Source: a virus
Taxonomy: Duplodnaviria; Caudoviricetes
DNA length: 39,993 nucleotides
Reading direction: 5' to 3' (one strand)
IMG/VR virus record: IMGVR_UViG_3300029226_000010
Coordinates: 1 to 39,993 of that record
The stretch's first letter is position 1. Each line of letters begins with the position of its first letter. Positions 1 through 9,165 of this stretch are shown piece by piece. Below the pieces are notes generated by a model. The model searched no databases and was not told the origin of the DNA. It saw only the letters and a list, made by a program, of their open reading frames with translations. Position numbers and translations under genes: made by a program.

Positions 1-2
1 TA

Positions 3-92
3 ATTACAGAAACGGTAATTACCAACCTCTTATTAGAAGACAACACAAATTTACTGCTAGAAGATGGCACAAATTTACTATTGGAGTTATAA
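3..92 (+). CDS. 3' end of a truncated gene ending in three (TNLLLEDx) repeats; probable virion/tail-associated protein
   Basis: Frame from position 3 reads ITETVITNLLLEDNTNLLLEDGTNLLLEL* with TAA at 90-92, 3 nt before the next ATG; not in the ORF track. Confidence 0.7.
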   Translation: MTETVITNLLLEDNTNLLLEDGTNLLLEL

Positions 93-95
93 GAC

Positions 96-2048
96 ATGAG
101 TTCTAAAGTATCTGCCCTAGCAGAATTGTTAAGCCCTACAGGCTTAGAAGAAATACACGTTAATGATGGCGGCGTATCAAAGAAAATAAAGCACTCTAAT
201 CTTTACTCTGCGCCTGGATTCGGTCAAGCAATTGTCCATACATCAGCGAGAAAGAGAATATTTAACTTTTCTGCTAATGGCTCTGATGAGCGTCAAAAGT
301 TTGTTGATCTATATCAGTACCTAGCTGATGAATTATCAGCAAATAGAAGCCCTGCATGTTTAGTAGGGGCTGGCGATTATGGTTTTGATGGAAACGGATT
401 AAGGCAACTGTTTCCTAACGGCGCAACAGGTCTAACTTTTAGAGGTACGGGTTCAACAACACGAATGGGGTATGTTGGCAATACAGAGTCAGGGAGTATC
501 TGGCGAGTAGCTGAATGGGAAGCTGAAAACACACCTATTAAAGCAGTTACAAGCATCTCACATACCACAGGTGTGGCAACAGCAGCTATAACGGCACATG
601 GAGCGAGTGTTGGCTCTACAATCTGGATTTACAGCGCAGTAGAAGAAGAATTTAATGGCTTGAAAGTAGTCGATACAGTAGCCGACGCAAACACATTAAC
701 TTATGCAATCGAAACAACAGCAGCCGCTAGTGCAACAGGCACAATAGAATGTGCTGTACATGATGAGTTCCTTGTCGATTTCCAAGTTGGAAACATGACA
801 ATTATGGACACCGATTCGGCTGCCCATGCAGGAGCTACAGAGGAAACACATGGACTTGGCTTTAAGCACATGATGAATATGTCAATGGATAACTTGAAAT
901 TTGACGCAATAGGTGATGAGTCTATCGAGTTAAGCGACTGCTTTCAGTTCGGTATTTCTAAAATTTCATCTGTTGGTACACCCTCACAAGAACAAACAGG
1001 CGGTGGTGTAATATCAATCAAAGCAGGTTGTCATGGCGGTATTGTTGATGGGTTTCAGCTTGGTAAGCAGGGGTCAGCAGCGAATACAACGTACGGAGTG
1101 AACTTTAAAACCTCATCACAAACTAGAGAGTGTTCTCATCACCAAGTACAGAATGGCTTTATCTATAATCCTGTAAAGTGCGGTATTTTTCTAAATACAA
1201 CAGGAACCGCTATAAAGCATGTCAATTTTTCTAATATTGCTATATTTGGTGGTTTATACGGAATAACGCAAGGAGGCTCTGGTAATCTCTTAAAAGATAT
1301 TACATTTGATAAGGTTAATTCATTCGATGCAACGCTTACGCCGTTTTTATTAGACAGAGCAATAGCTGATTGTGAAGATATTACGGTGCAGAATAGCATA
1401 TTTGATGCCTCTATGACTGACCAATCCTTAAGCACATCGGCCTGTTTAAAAACCGGAGGTGATGTAATAAACCTTTATAATAATAGCTACAGAAATGGCA
1501 GGATGGGCATCCACGGAACATCAAACAGTAATAACGTGACAATAAAAGGGGGTGATATTACTAACTGTGGTGGTAATACAACAACATTTGCTCAATATGT
1601 GTATGACCAAGGAACAAGCAGGAATATGGTTGTAGAGGGCGTAAGAATAAAAGATGGGGTTGCTACCAGTGTTGGGTTCCGTGGTGTCAGAATGATAAGA
1701 AACTGCGTGTTTGATAACTGTGCAGTGCCATCAAACTGGACAGGCCAAGATATAGACAGCTTCGAGGGGAACATAGGTGTTCCTTATAATGTGCAACTCG
1801 GTTTAACCGGCAAATCTTGCATTAACAATGAGTTCATACACACAGCATCAGGTGGTAACGGTGCAATAAGAATAAGAGCATCTGGATGTGTAATCACGGG
1901 GAACACAGCGCCTAACTTAACATCAGGTGATGGTATAGAGGAAGAAGCTGGTGTAGATAATAACATTGTCGGTGGAAACAACATGAATGGCCGACCAATT
2001 AATTTAGTGGGTACGGTGTCTCTTGCTAATGATTACAGTAATATCTAA
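96..2048 (+). CDS. Tailspike-like protein with parallel beta-helix (pectin-lyase-like) body
   Basis: 650 aa; Asn/Gly/Ile-rich beta-helix repeats (e.g. CVITGNTA, NNIVGGNN); N-terminal SKVSAL...GGVSKKI segment typical of fibre anchors; inserted ITAHGASVGSTIWI...FNG beta domain. Confidence 0.7.
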   Translation: MSSKVSALAELLSPTGLEEIHVNDGGVSKKIKHSNLYSAPGFGQAIVHTSARKRIFNFSANGSDERQKFVDLYQYLADELSANRSPACLVGAGDYGFDGNGLRQLFPNGATGLTFRGTGSTTRMGYVGNTESGSIWRVAEWEAENTPIKAVTSISHTTGVATAAITAHGASVGSTIWIYSAVEEEFNGLKVVDTVADANTLTYAIETTAAASATGTIECAVHDEFLVDFQVGNMTIMDTDSAAHAGATEETHGLGFKHMMNMSMDNLKFDAIGDESIELSDCFQFGISKISSVGTPSQEQTGGGVISIKAGCHGGIVDGFQLGKQGSAANTTYGVNFKTSSQTRECSHHQVQNGFIYNPVKCGIFLNTTGTAIKHVNFSNIAIFGGLYGITQGGSGNLLKDITFDKVNSFDATLTPFLLDRAIADCEDITVQNSIFDASMTDQSLSTSACLKTGGDVINLYNNSYRNGRMGIHGTSNSNNVTIKGGDITNCGGNTTTFAQYVYDQGTSRNMVVEGVRIKDGVATSVGFRGVRMIRNCVFDNCAVPSNWTGQDIDSFEGNIGVPYNVQLGLTGKSCINNEFIHTASGGNGAIRIRASGCVITGNTAPNLTSGDGIEEEAGVDNNIVGGNNMNGRPINLVGTVSLANDYSNI

Positions 2049-2602
2049 TGAACATAATAGAAGTCATTGTAGCCGTTAGACAAAGCGAGCTTATCGCGAT
2101 AAAGGAAGAATTAAGGCCTGATCGTGTTACAGCACTTACACCAGAAGATATAAGGATACCGCTTAAATCAGCAGATAAGAGAAAGCTGCAAGCGGGTATC
2201 AGTGGGATATTTAAGCAGTTTAAGCCCACACCTAAAGCACCAGCATTTGAGACTTTTAATTTTTTGATTGACGCGCCTAAAAAGTTAGGCTTGCTCAGAG
2301 AGATTACAGCGTTCTTGAAATCAACACAGGGCGCAATGGTTATTGGTGCATGGAATAAAGATGGTAGCCATTACGGTACGACAGTAGTACCAGCAGTGTT
2401 AGACAGGGACGGAAATGAGATAACACCTGCTGGATTATCCGGCAGACCTGTTTATAACTTACAACCTAAATTTTTATCTATGTTCGCTGATGATGTTACT
2501 TACGACAAAAATGGTATTGAAATAAGCCGAGTTCCAGCAACTCAGCCGAAACAAACAAACAAAATATATGGTCGCGAGGATAGGGATTGGACCATTAACT
2601 AA
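2048..2602 (+). CDS. Hypothetical protein coupled to the tailspike gene
   Basis: 184-aa ORF with TAATG overlap; no recognised motif. Confidence 0.6.
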   Translation: MNIIEVIVAVRQSELIAIKEELRPDRVTALTPEDIRIPLKSADKRKLQAGISGIFKQFKPTPKAPAFETFNFLIDAPKKLGLLREITAFLKSTQGAMVIGAWNKDGSHYGTTVVPAVLDRDGNEITPAGLSGRPVYNLQPKFLSMFADDVTYDKNGIEISRVPATQPKQTNKIYGREDRDWTIN

Positions 2603-2683
2603 AACAAGCCTGATTAGGCTGAGATAAGGCATACTATAGCTTTGATGCCTAATCAGTGATAATTCTAACTCAGGTGAACAAAG

Positions 2684-2992
2684 ATGTTTGATAAATTACC
2701 TATTGAAGCCATTGTAACTTATGGTACGATAGGCTTATTGGGAGGCGCAGCAAGACTTGCGCTAGGTGTTAAAGAAGACGGCATTACATTAGCAGCAGAG
2801 CTATTTAGGTTAGTAGTTATAGCTGCTCCAATGGCATGTATCGTAGGCGTGTACGCAGAAAGCGCTGGAATTGGATATGCTAGTTACGCTGTTTCCTACT
2901 TTGTAGGTCTAGCTGCTTTAAATATCGCAAGAACGATGATGAATGAAGGCATGACAGGAATAATTTCTGCTTTTGTGAGGGTTAAGAAATGA
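2684..2992 (+). CDS. Holin-like membrane protein
   Basis: 102 aa with about three hydrophobic segments and a basic C-terminus (VRVKK); AGGTG RBS. Confidence 0.55.
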   Translation: MFDKLPIEAIVTYGTIGLLGGAARLALGVKEDGITLAAELFRLVVIAAPMACIVGVYAESAGIGYASYAVSYFVGLAALNIARTMMNEGMTGIISAFVRVKK

Positions 2993-3240
2993 TCCGTAGA
3001 AAAACTGAAATGCAAGTTAAATTATTTCTTTTCACTCAATGGATTGTTGGTTCTATTAGCTTAATTGGTTCAGTGGTTGTCTTCCAGGATAAACCAGTAC
3101 CTCCTGATATTGCAAATGCTATATTATTTGTTATATTCATTACTGCAGGGGTATCTATGACACTAATGGACGTATACAAGGCATGGGACAAACGGCAACG
3201 TAAACTTAGATTAGAGGCAATAAAGAATGCTCGCTCATAA
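2989..3240 (+). CDS. Small two-TM membrane protein (holin/antiholin candidate)
   Basis: 83 aa, two hydrophobic helices, basic tail, ATGA overlap with the previous gene. Confidence 0.5.
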   Translation: MIRRKTEMQVKLFLFTQWIVGSISLIGSVVVFQDKPVPPDIANAILFVIFITAGVSMTLMDVYKAWDKRQRKLRLEAIKNARS

Positions 3241-3979
3241 ACCTGTACTAGTTGCAATAATTTTAACGGTGGTAGTTCTTTTGATGCTATCACCTAACGT
3301 GTTTGCAGCTACTTGCCAGCCTGTTGCAAATGCTATTGATGAACCTATGTCATGGACCATACCGACAGAGAGAGAAGACGGAACTACTCTTGAACAGAAT
3401 GAGATACGGCATTTTACTATACACAAGGAAAATACGACTGCAGGTTTTACATGCGAGCAAAATGTACCGGGTACAGATACAACAGCTATAGTTGAGATAG
3501 CACCAAATAACTTATATAAGTTAAGAATGACAACAACTGATACGGGTGACAGAGTATCACTAATGAGTGCAATGATTATAAAAGGCTCTGAACCGTTACC
3601 GCTAAAGAAACCTGCTGCAGTTACTGACTTTACTGTTACCAAGGTGGATGGGTTACTCTATAGTTTTAATTTTACACCGACAACTACATTTGCTGATGGT
3701 ACGTTACTACCTGCAGAAGCTGAAGTTAAATACTACCTATTTAATCCTGACTGGGTACGTAATATAGCTTCTGATCAGATACCCTTTACATATACATTAG
3801 ATACAGGTATGAATGAGTTTACTATAGAAACGGAGATTGCTTTAAACGGCTCTAGTGAAAATAGTGTACGTAGCTTAATGGTTACAGTAGATACTACTGA
3901 CATTGCACCGCCTACACCACCACAGTGGATAGTTGCTCCAGCTGGCATGAACATAGAGTATAGATTTGTACCTGAGTAA
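3227..3979 (+). CDS. Secreted fibronectin type III-like tandem-domain protein
   Basis: Signal peptide (MLAHK-hydrophobic-VFA/A); two related beta-rich units, SWTIPTEREDGTTL and FNFTPTTTFADGTLL; Pro-rich linkers. Confidence 0.6.
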   Translation: MLAHKPVLVAIILTVVVLLMLSPNVFAATCQPVANAIDEPMSWTIPTEREDGTTLEQNEIRHFTIHKENTTAGFTCEQNVPGTDTTAIVEIAPNNLYKLRMTTTDTGDRVSLMSAMIIKGSEPLPLKKPAAVTDFTVTKVDGLLYSFNFTPTTTFADGTLLPAEAEVKYYLFNPDWVRNIASDQIPFTYTLDTGMNEFTIETEIALNGSSENSVRSLMVTVDTTDIAPPTPPQWIVAPAGMNIEYRFVPE

Positions 3980-4219
3980 ATGCCACACGATTTATTCTGT
4001 AAACTAGAAGATGGTAGGGTACTAAAGTACGCCATAGCATACCCTCTTTCATCTGTAGCCAGTTTACATGATAGTTTTGAGTATGTAGGCACAGGACAGA
4101 TACACAGGGTAGACAGGTTACCGTACACAAGAAAACAGCAATTTAGGTTCTACGTTAAAAAAGAAACGCTGTCTAAGTACAAATGGGAAAACATACGTAG
4201 AACATATTTACAAACTTAA
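3980..4219 (+). CDS. Hypothetical protein
   Basis: 79-aa ORF filling the gap between neighbours. Confidence 0.4.
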   Translation: MPHDLFCKLEDGRVLKYAIAYPLSSVASLHDSFEYVGTGQIHRVDRLPYTRKQQFRFYVKKETLSKYKWENIRRTYLQT

Positions 4220-4231
4220 TAGGAGAAAATC

Positions 4232-5005
4232 ATGACGCATTCCGCTGAAAATAGTGCTGCCGGTGATTTTAGTGAATCAAACGATACGCTAGAACCTGCA
4301 GCTAAAGTAACTACCTTTGAAGATCGGGTAAACTCTGCTGCATCCTCTATGGTACAGAATGAAGATTCTGGACTATGGGAACTTCCAGCAGATTCTGATT
4401 TACCGAAGGAGGTAGCATTTGCTGCCAATTTGGAGAAGCGCCGCAGAGACACGCAAAGTGAGCTTGCTAAAACTTCCCAGCAATTATCGGCTACCAAAGC
4501 CCGTAGCGCTAACTTAGAATCAAAGCTACTTGAGTCATTTGTACCTTCAATGACTGACGACCAAGCAGATGAATTAGAGAACCTTAGGTCCTCTGATCCT
4601 GAAGCATACCGTCAGAAAATGAATGAGTATGAAGCTCAGGCTCAAGAAGCTTTCGAAGAAGAGTTAGCGGATTCTGGTTTTGACGACGATGAAGTTGCTG
4701 AGATGGCTGATCGCGCTGAACTCCTGTCAACTTTCTTGGACGAGAACCCCGGTTTAGTCCTTAATGATGGCGTAGTTGAAAATGACCTGCCTCCGAGGAT
4801 CACAGGTGCATTAGAACGGGGTGACATTGATTTTGTTGAATTCTTGAATCAGGCTAGGACTTTCCTCACCAAAGGAACACGATTAGCTGATACTACTAAA
4901 GATGATGTTACCCCAGATTTAAGTAAGGCAGGCGGCGGTTCTGTTGCTTCAGCTACAGCAGTAGCTAAAGATTCAGAACAGTCATACATGAACGAAATTT
5001 ATTGA
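4232..5005 (+). CDS. Capsid scaffolding protein (putative)
   Basis: Very acidic coiled-coil protein directly upstream of the capsid gene; AGGAG RBS. Confidence 0.65.
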   Translation: MTHSAENSAAGDFSESNDTLEPAAKVTTFEDRVNSAASSMVQNEDSGLWELPADSDLPKEVAFAANLEKRRRDTQSELAKTSQQLSATKARSANLESKLLESFVPSMTDDQADELENLRSSDPEAYRQKMNEYEAQAQEAFEEELADSGFDDDEVAEMADRAELLSTFLDENPGLVLNDGVVENDLPPRITGALERGDIDFVEFLNQARTFLTKGTRLADTTKDDVTPDLSKAGGGSVASATAVAKDSEQSYMNEIY

Positions 5006-5015
5006 GGATTAAGTT

Positions 5016-6197
5016 ATGAGTACAGCTGTTGTACCGTTGACGTCAGACCTAAAGCGCAAACGTTGGATGCGTGAAGGTTTGGTCCAGTCAGCTTCCACTT
5101 CATTTTGGAATACATACGCGGGCAATACTAAAGACAGTATTGTCTTCCAAGCTAACAACCCTAATTCGAAAGAGGGTCACACTGTAGTTTTTGACTTCGA
5201 TGGTAACATCGCAGGTAAAGCTATCAAGGGCAAAGATACCGCATACGGTAAAGGTGAGCAGAAGAAGAAATTCTCTGACAAGCTTACTGTTGAACGTTAT
5301 CGTCTTGTTGTTGATAATGGTGACAAATTCGATGGTGTTGATATTGGCGACCTGAACATTAATCAGCATTCTGATTCACGCAATAAACTTGGCGACTTGT
5401 TTATTCGCTTTAAAGATCAGTCATTGTTTGATGCAGCTCAGGGTAACATTTTAATCAATAGCACAGGTGCGCAACAAACGCCTACCCATGTAATTGATCT
5501 AGGCACAACATTCACTTTTAATACCTTGTTAGAAATCACTAAACTGATCAAAACATCTAATAAAGGTACAGGTTCTTTAGCTGGTTCTACGTACCCAGTA
5601 CGTCGTCCAATTGATCCGTTTAAAGTGGATAAAACGAAACCTTGTTGGATATTCGTTATTGATGCTGCGATGAAAAACATCTTGATGCAAGACGGCACAG
5701 CTGTAAATAGCTTTGCTGGCATTATGAAAGATGGTGACGTTCGTGGTAACAACAATCGAATGATTGATGGTGTTATCGGTAAAATCGGCAATTTACTTAT
5801 AGTTGAAGCTGAGCAGTTCTTTGGTGAAACTGTTGGTGCAACTACAGGTTGGGGTCTAGATGACTCTGAAATTGAAATTGCTGGTTTACGTCAGTACTCT
5901 GGTGCAAACCCGGCTACTGCTCCTTGGACTGGTCAGACAGGCTTTGACTATACTCATGCTAACTTACACTCACGCGGGTTGATCCTGGGTGCTGGTGCAA
6001 TGATGTGTGGATTTGGTAAACAGCCTGACTATAAATTCCAAGCTTCACAAGATTTTGCCATTAAGTCAGAATCCGCTGTTGAGTTTTGGATGGAAAGCCA
6101 GAAAACTAAACTACTTGCTGAAAACTCCGACTATAAACAGGCTAAGATAGCTGGTATAGACTACGGTGTTATCGCAGTTGACCTTGAGGTACAATAA
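5016..6197 (+). CDS. Major capsid protein, N4-gp56/DUF4043-like
   Basis: 393 aa; KEGHTVVFDF, GVIGKIGNLLIVE, RGLILGAGA and terminal DYGVIAVD motifs; position after scaffold; GAGG RBS. Confidence 0.8.
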   Translation: MSTAVVPLTSDLKRKRWMREGLVQSASTSFWNTYAGNTKDSIVFQANNPNSKEGHTVVFDFDGNIAGKAIKGKDTAYGKGEQKKKFSDKLTVERYRLVVDNGDKFDGVDIGDLNINQHSDSRNKLGDLFIRFKDQSLFDAAQGNILINSTGAQQTPTHVIDLGTTFTFNTLLEITKLIKTSNKGTGSLAGSTYPVRRPIDPFKVDKTKPCWIFVIDAAMKNILMQDGTAVNSFAGIMKDGDVRGNNNRMIDGVIGKIGNLLIVEAEQFFGETVGATTGWGLDDSEIEIAGLRQYSGANPATAPWTGQTGFDYTHANLHSRGLILGAGAMMCGFGKQPDYKFQASQDFAIKSESAVEFWMESQKTKLLAENSDYKQAKIAGIDYGVIAVDLEVQ

Positions 6198-6199
6198 TC

Positions 6200-6622
6200 A
6201 TGGCTCGTATTAATAAAACTCGCGATGGTATGGTAGCTCAGAAGAAAGCTGTACAAGTAATGTCAATTCCTTTCTTAGAAGTTGATATTCTTGTAGACGG
6301 TGCTGTCTACGGCATGCTACCTGATCGTTCAATGATTACTCGTGTAATCTCTAATGTTACTACTGCTTCTGGTACAGGTTCAGCTACTCTGGACGTACTT
6401 GCAAATGGTGTAGTGTTAGTGAATGAGATGGCAGTAGCTGTTGCAAACGTAACTGACGAAACGTTAGTTCCTGCTGCTCAGTACTTAGCAACCGGCGGTG
6501 AGCTGGTTATTAAGGCTGGTGGTACAACACCTGCGAATGGTGCGCTTATCGGTGAAATCCTTGTCGAGTATATCGAAATGGATAAGAACTGCGGCGAATA
6601 CACTGTTCATCTTCCTTCTTAG
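6200..6622 (+). CDS. Capsid-associated (decoration/cement) protein, putative
   Basis: 140-aa beta-rich protein between the capsid gene and a terminator. Confidence 0.55.
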   Translation: MARINKTRDGMVAQKKAVQVMSIPFLEVDILVDGAVYGMLPDRSMITRVISNVTTASGTGSATLDVLANGVVLVNEMAVAVANVTDETLVPAAQYLATGGELVIKAGGTTPANGALIGEILVEYIEMDKNCGEYTVHLPS

Positions 6623-6634
6623 CTTAACCATTAA

Positions 6635-6663
6635 TAAGCCCCTCACTTTTGAGGGGTTTATTT
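6635..6663 (+). terminator. Rho-independent terminator after the capsid genes
   Basis: TAAGCCCCTCA-CTTT-TGAGGGGTTTA hairpin followed by TTT. Confidence 0.75.
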
Positions 6664-6675
6664 ACCGAGGTACAG

Positions 6676-7560
6676 ATGACCACAAGAGTAGAAGATTTAC
6701 TGGTAAGAGTACGCGATTCTCTAGCTGATGAAGATAAGTCTCGTTGGTCTGATAGCCGTCTATTACGTTTAGTAGACGAAGCGCAGAAAAAAATCGCCAC
6801 TAAGTGTCAGCTGCTACGGCGCTACACAACAATTTCTATACTGGCCAATAAATCTGAGTATGAGTTACCAGAAGATGCATATCTTATAACTCGTGCTGTA
6901 GATGAGAAAGGCCGTAAAATAGACGTAAAGTCCCACGCAGATATGGATGACGCATCTAATGGTACTGCATCACGCAGTGCTAGATACTCTTCTTATCAAG
7001 ATGGCAGTAATATAAACTTAGTTACAGAAACTTGGGAACTAGATACAGGTTCAAAAGTTGAGTACCTAGTATTTGATAACCAAGAACCAGGCTGGTTTAA
7101 AACGTACCCAATAGTAAATGACGTTGATGATGGTGAAGTATTCGTGACACCCGACTATGGCCTAACTGCAGATATTGAGTCTGACATACTATCTAGCCCA
7201 TACGGTGTAGTAGTAGATGTAACCACTAATGCTTTACAATCACTACAAATGAATTCTGTTTATGGTGTAGTAACTGCTATGTCAGAAGTAATTGAGATAC
7301 TTAGAATATACTACCGTGCTAAGCCAACAACTATAACTGCTGTAACCGACTTACTTGAAATAGACGACAAATGGGACGCTGCTATGAAGCACTACGTAAT
7401 TAGTATGGCTTTACATGATGACCAAGATACACAAAACCGAGCTGTTAGTTCAGACGAGATGACGCTATTCGGAATAGAGTTTAAAGACGCTAAGAAGATT
7501 AGCTCCAAAGATAACATGAGCCGTTCTAACAATAGATCTAGCTATAACCCGGAGATATAG
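6676..7560 (+). CDS. Head-tail adaptor / tail tubular protein (putative)
   Basis: RVRDSLADE..RWSDSRLLRLVDEAQ N-terminus, YELPED and RIYYRAKP motifs; ATG at 6676 follows GAGG, whereas the track start at 6649 lies inside the terminator. Confidence 0.65.
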   Translation: MTTRVEDLLVRVRDSLADEDKSRWSDSRLLRLVDEAQKKIATKCQLLRRYTTISILANKSEYELPEDAYLITRAVDEKGRKIDVKSHADMDDASNGTASRSARYSSYQDGSNINLVTETWELDTGSKVEYLVFDNQEPGWFKTYPIVNDVDDGEVFVTPDYGLTADIESDILSSPYGVVVDVTTNALQSLQMNSVYGVVTAMSEVIEILRIYYRAKPTTITAVTDLLEIDDKWDAAMKHYVISMALHDDQDTQNRAVSSDEMTLFGIEFKDAKKISSKDNMSRSNNRSSYNPEI

Positions 7561-9165
7561 ATGGTAAATCGTGTAGTACAAAAAGCACTTGCAGGTGTTG
7601 AAGACCTATTACTTGGTACAGGTACTGTAACGCAAGCCCGTAACGGTTCTGATAAAGTCATAACTAAGATAGACGCGTCAGGTTTACTCTATGAGAACGC
7701 TGAAACTTTACGCACACGACTAGGTAAAAAGCTTCAGACTATTGACACTATAGCTGACATGCAAGCTTTAGCAACTGACACTGTTGAAGAGCAGTACTTA
7801 GATGTGCTTGGTTATTCTACACCTGGAGATGGTGGCGGTGGTGTGTTTTGGTTAGATACAACAGACACAACATCAGTAGAAGATTTAAAGCTGGTATTTA
7901 ATCCTGACATACTAGCTAACGGTAGATGGAAACGAGCACACACTACTAATCAATTAAGTTCAGACAGGGGTGATGCTGACTATACTATTAAAGCGTATGA
8001 TTACGGTATACAGTTATACTCCACTGCGCTAACTGCTAATCGTACAGTGCTTCTACCTACTACTGGATTGTACAACGGTAAGCGAGTCTCGGTGTTACGA
8101 ACAGCGCTAGGTGCGTATAATCTACTCCTAGGTTCAGTAGCTATTTTAACTGGCTCAGGTTTAGTGGAATTACAGTATGACGACGGTAGCTGGGCTATAC
8201 TTACTAGTCCCACAAGCCTCTCAGCAGGAACTGACTCATTTAATGGTTCTTTTGAGGTAGATACCAATAACGACAGTCAACCTGACAACTGGGAGTTAGT
8301 ACCTTTAGCAGCTGCAGTAATAGCTATTGACAGTACCAGTTCAGTACATGGTATAAATAGCTTACAGTTTCTATCTGGTGGAAGTGGCGGCGGTTCAGCT
8401 ACTAGTAAACGATTCGATGTTATATCAGGGTCTAACTTTGGTATGGTTTTTAGGTATAAATCATCTTCTGCAACTTCACTGACTAAGATAGTTGTCAACA
8501 CATATGACCGTGCAGGCTTACTACTCTCTGAGTTACTCGCATTTTCAGAGGGCGTAAATAACCCGGCAACTTTTACTAAGCAAATTGCTTCTGCAGTATT
8601 AGATGCTACAGCAGTGACAGCAGAAATAGTTTTAACTGGTGTAGATGCTACAGGTACAACTACATCTGCAGCCACTACCACCCACTTTGAAAATCTAGAG
8701 CTTGGTGTGCCAAGATTCTTTGAGACCGATTTTGTAACTCTTGGTGCTTTAAGTCTTTATGACTTTGATAACATACCTGTATGGGCTACACGTATTACAA
8801 TAAAAACTATTAACGTGCAAACGTCAACAGCAGATGCGCCTATATACTTACGACTAAAGAACAGTGGAGTACTTGTTACTTCTGGCTACGATTCTAGGGC
8901 TTCCCAACTAGGTACAGGAGGCACGACACAGATTAATTCTTCTATAGGTATGCTTATATCCAGTCCTTCCACTGGTAAAGTAGATTGTACTTTTGTACTA
9001 ACTAAACTTGACTCAAGATGGCACCTTAGCGGTGTGGGTATTTCTAACAGCATGTTTGTCGCCTTTAGTCACGGTACTGCAGCTAACTTAACAGGTATTA
9101 GACTAGCGCCCAATACCAATACCTTTTCTGTTGGCTCAGCAAACATAATGTTTGAGGGCGCATGA
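7561..9165 (+). CDS. Tail fibre/spike with carbohydrate-binding-like domain
   Basis: GYSTPGDGGGGVFW...GRWKR motif of tailspike N-termini; FNGSFE..PDNW...G.NSL CBM-like segment. Confidence 0.7.
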   Translation: MVNRVVQKALAGVEDLLLGTGTVTQARNGSDKVITKIDASGLLYENAETLRTRLGKKLQTIDTIADMQALATDTVEEQYLDVLGYSTPGDGGGGVFWLDTTDTTSVEDLKLVFNPDILANGRWKRAHTTNQLSSDRGDADYTIKAYDYGIQLYSTALTANRTVLLPTTGLYNGKRVSVLRTALGAYNLLLGSVAILTGSGLVELQYDDGSWAILTSPTSLSAGTDSFNGSFEVDTNNDSQPDNWELVPLAAAVIAIDSTSSVHGINSLQFLSGGSGGGSATSKRFDVISGSNFGMVFRYKSSSATSLTKIVVNTYDRAGLLLSELLAFSEGVNNPATFTKQIASAVLDATAVTAEIVLTGVDATGTTTSAATTTHFENLELGVPRFFETDFVTLGALSLYDFDNIPVWATRITIKTINVQTSTADAPIYLRLKNSGVLVTSGYDSRASQLGTGGTTQINSSIGMLISSPSTGKVDCTFVLTKLDSRWHLSGVGISNSMFVAFSHGTAANLTGIRLAPNTNTFSVGSANIMFEGA

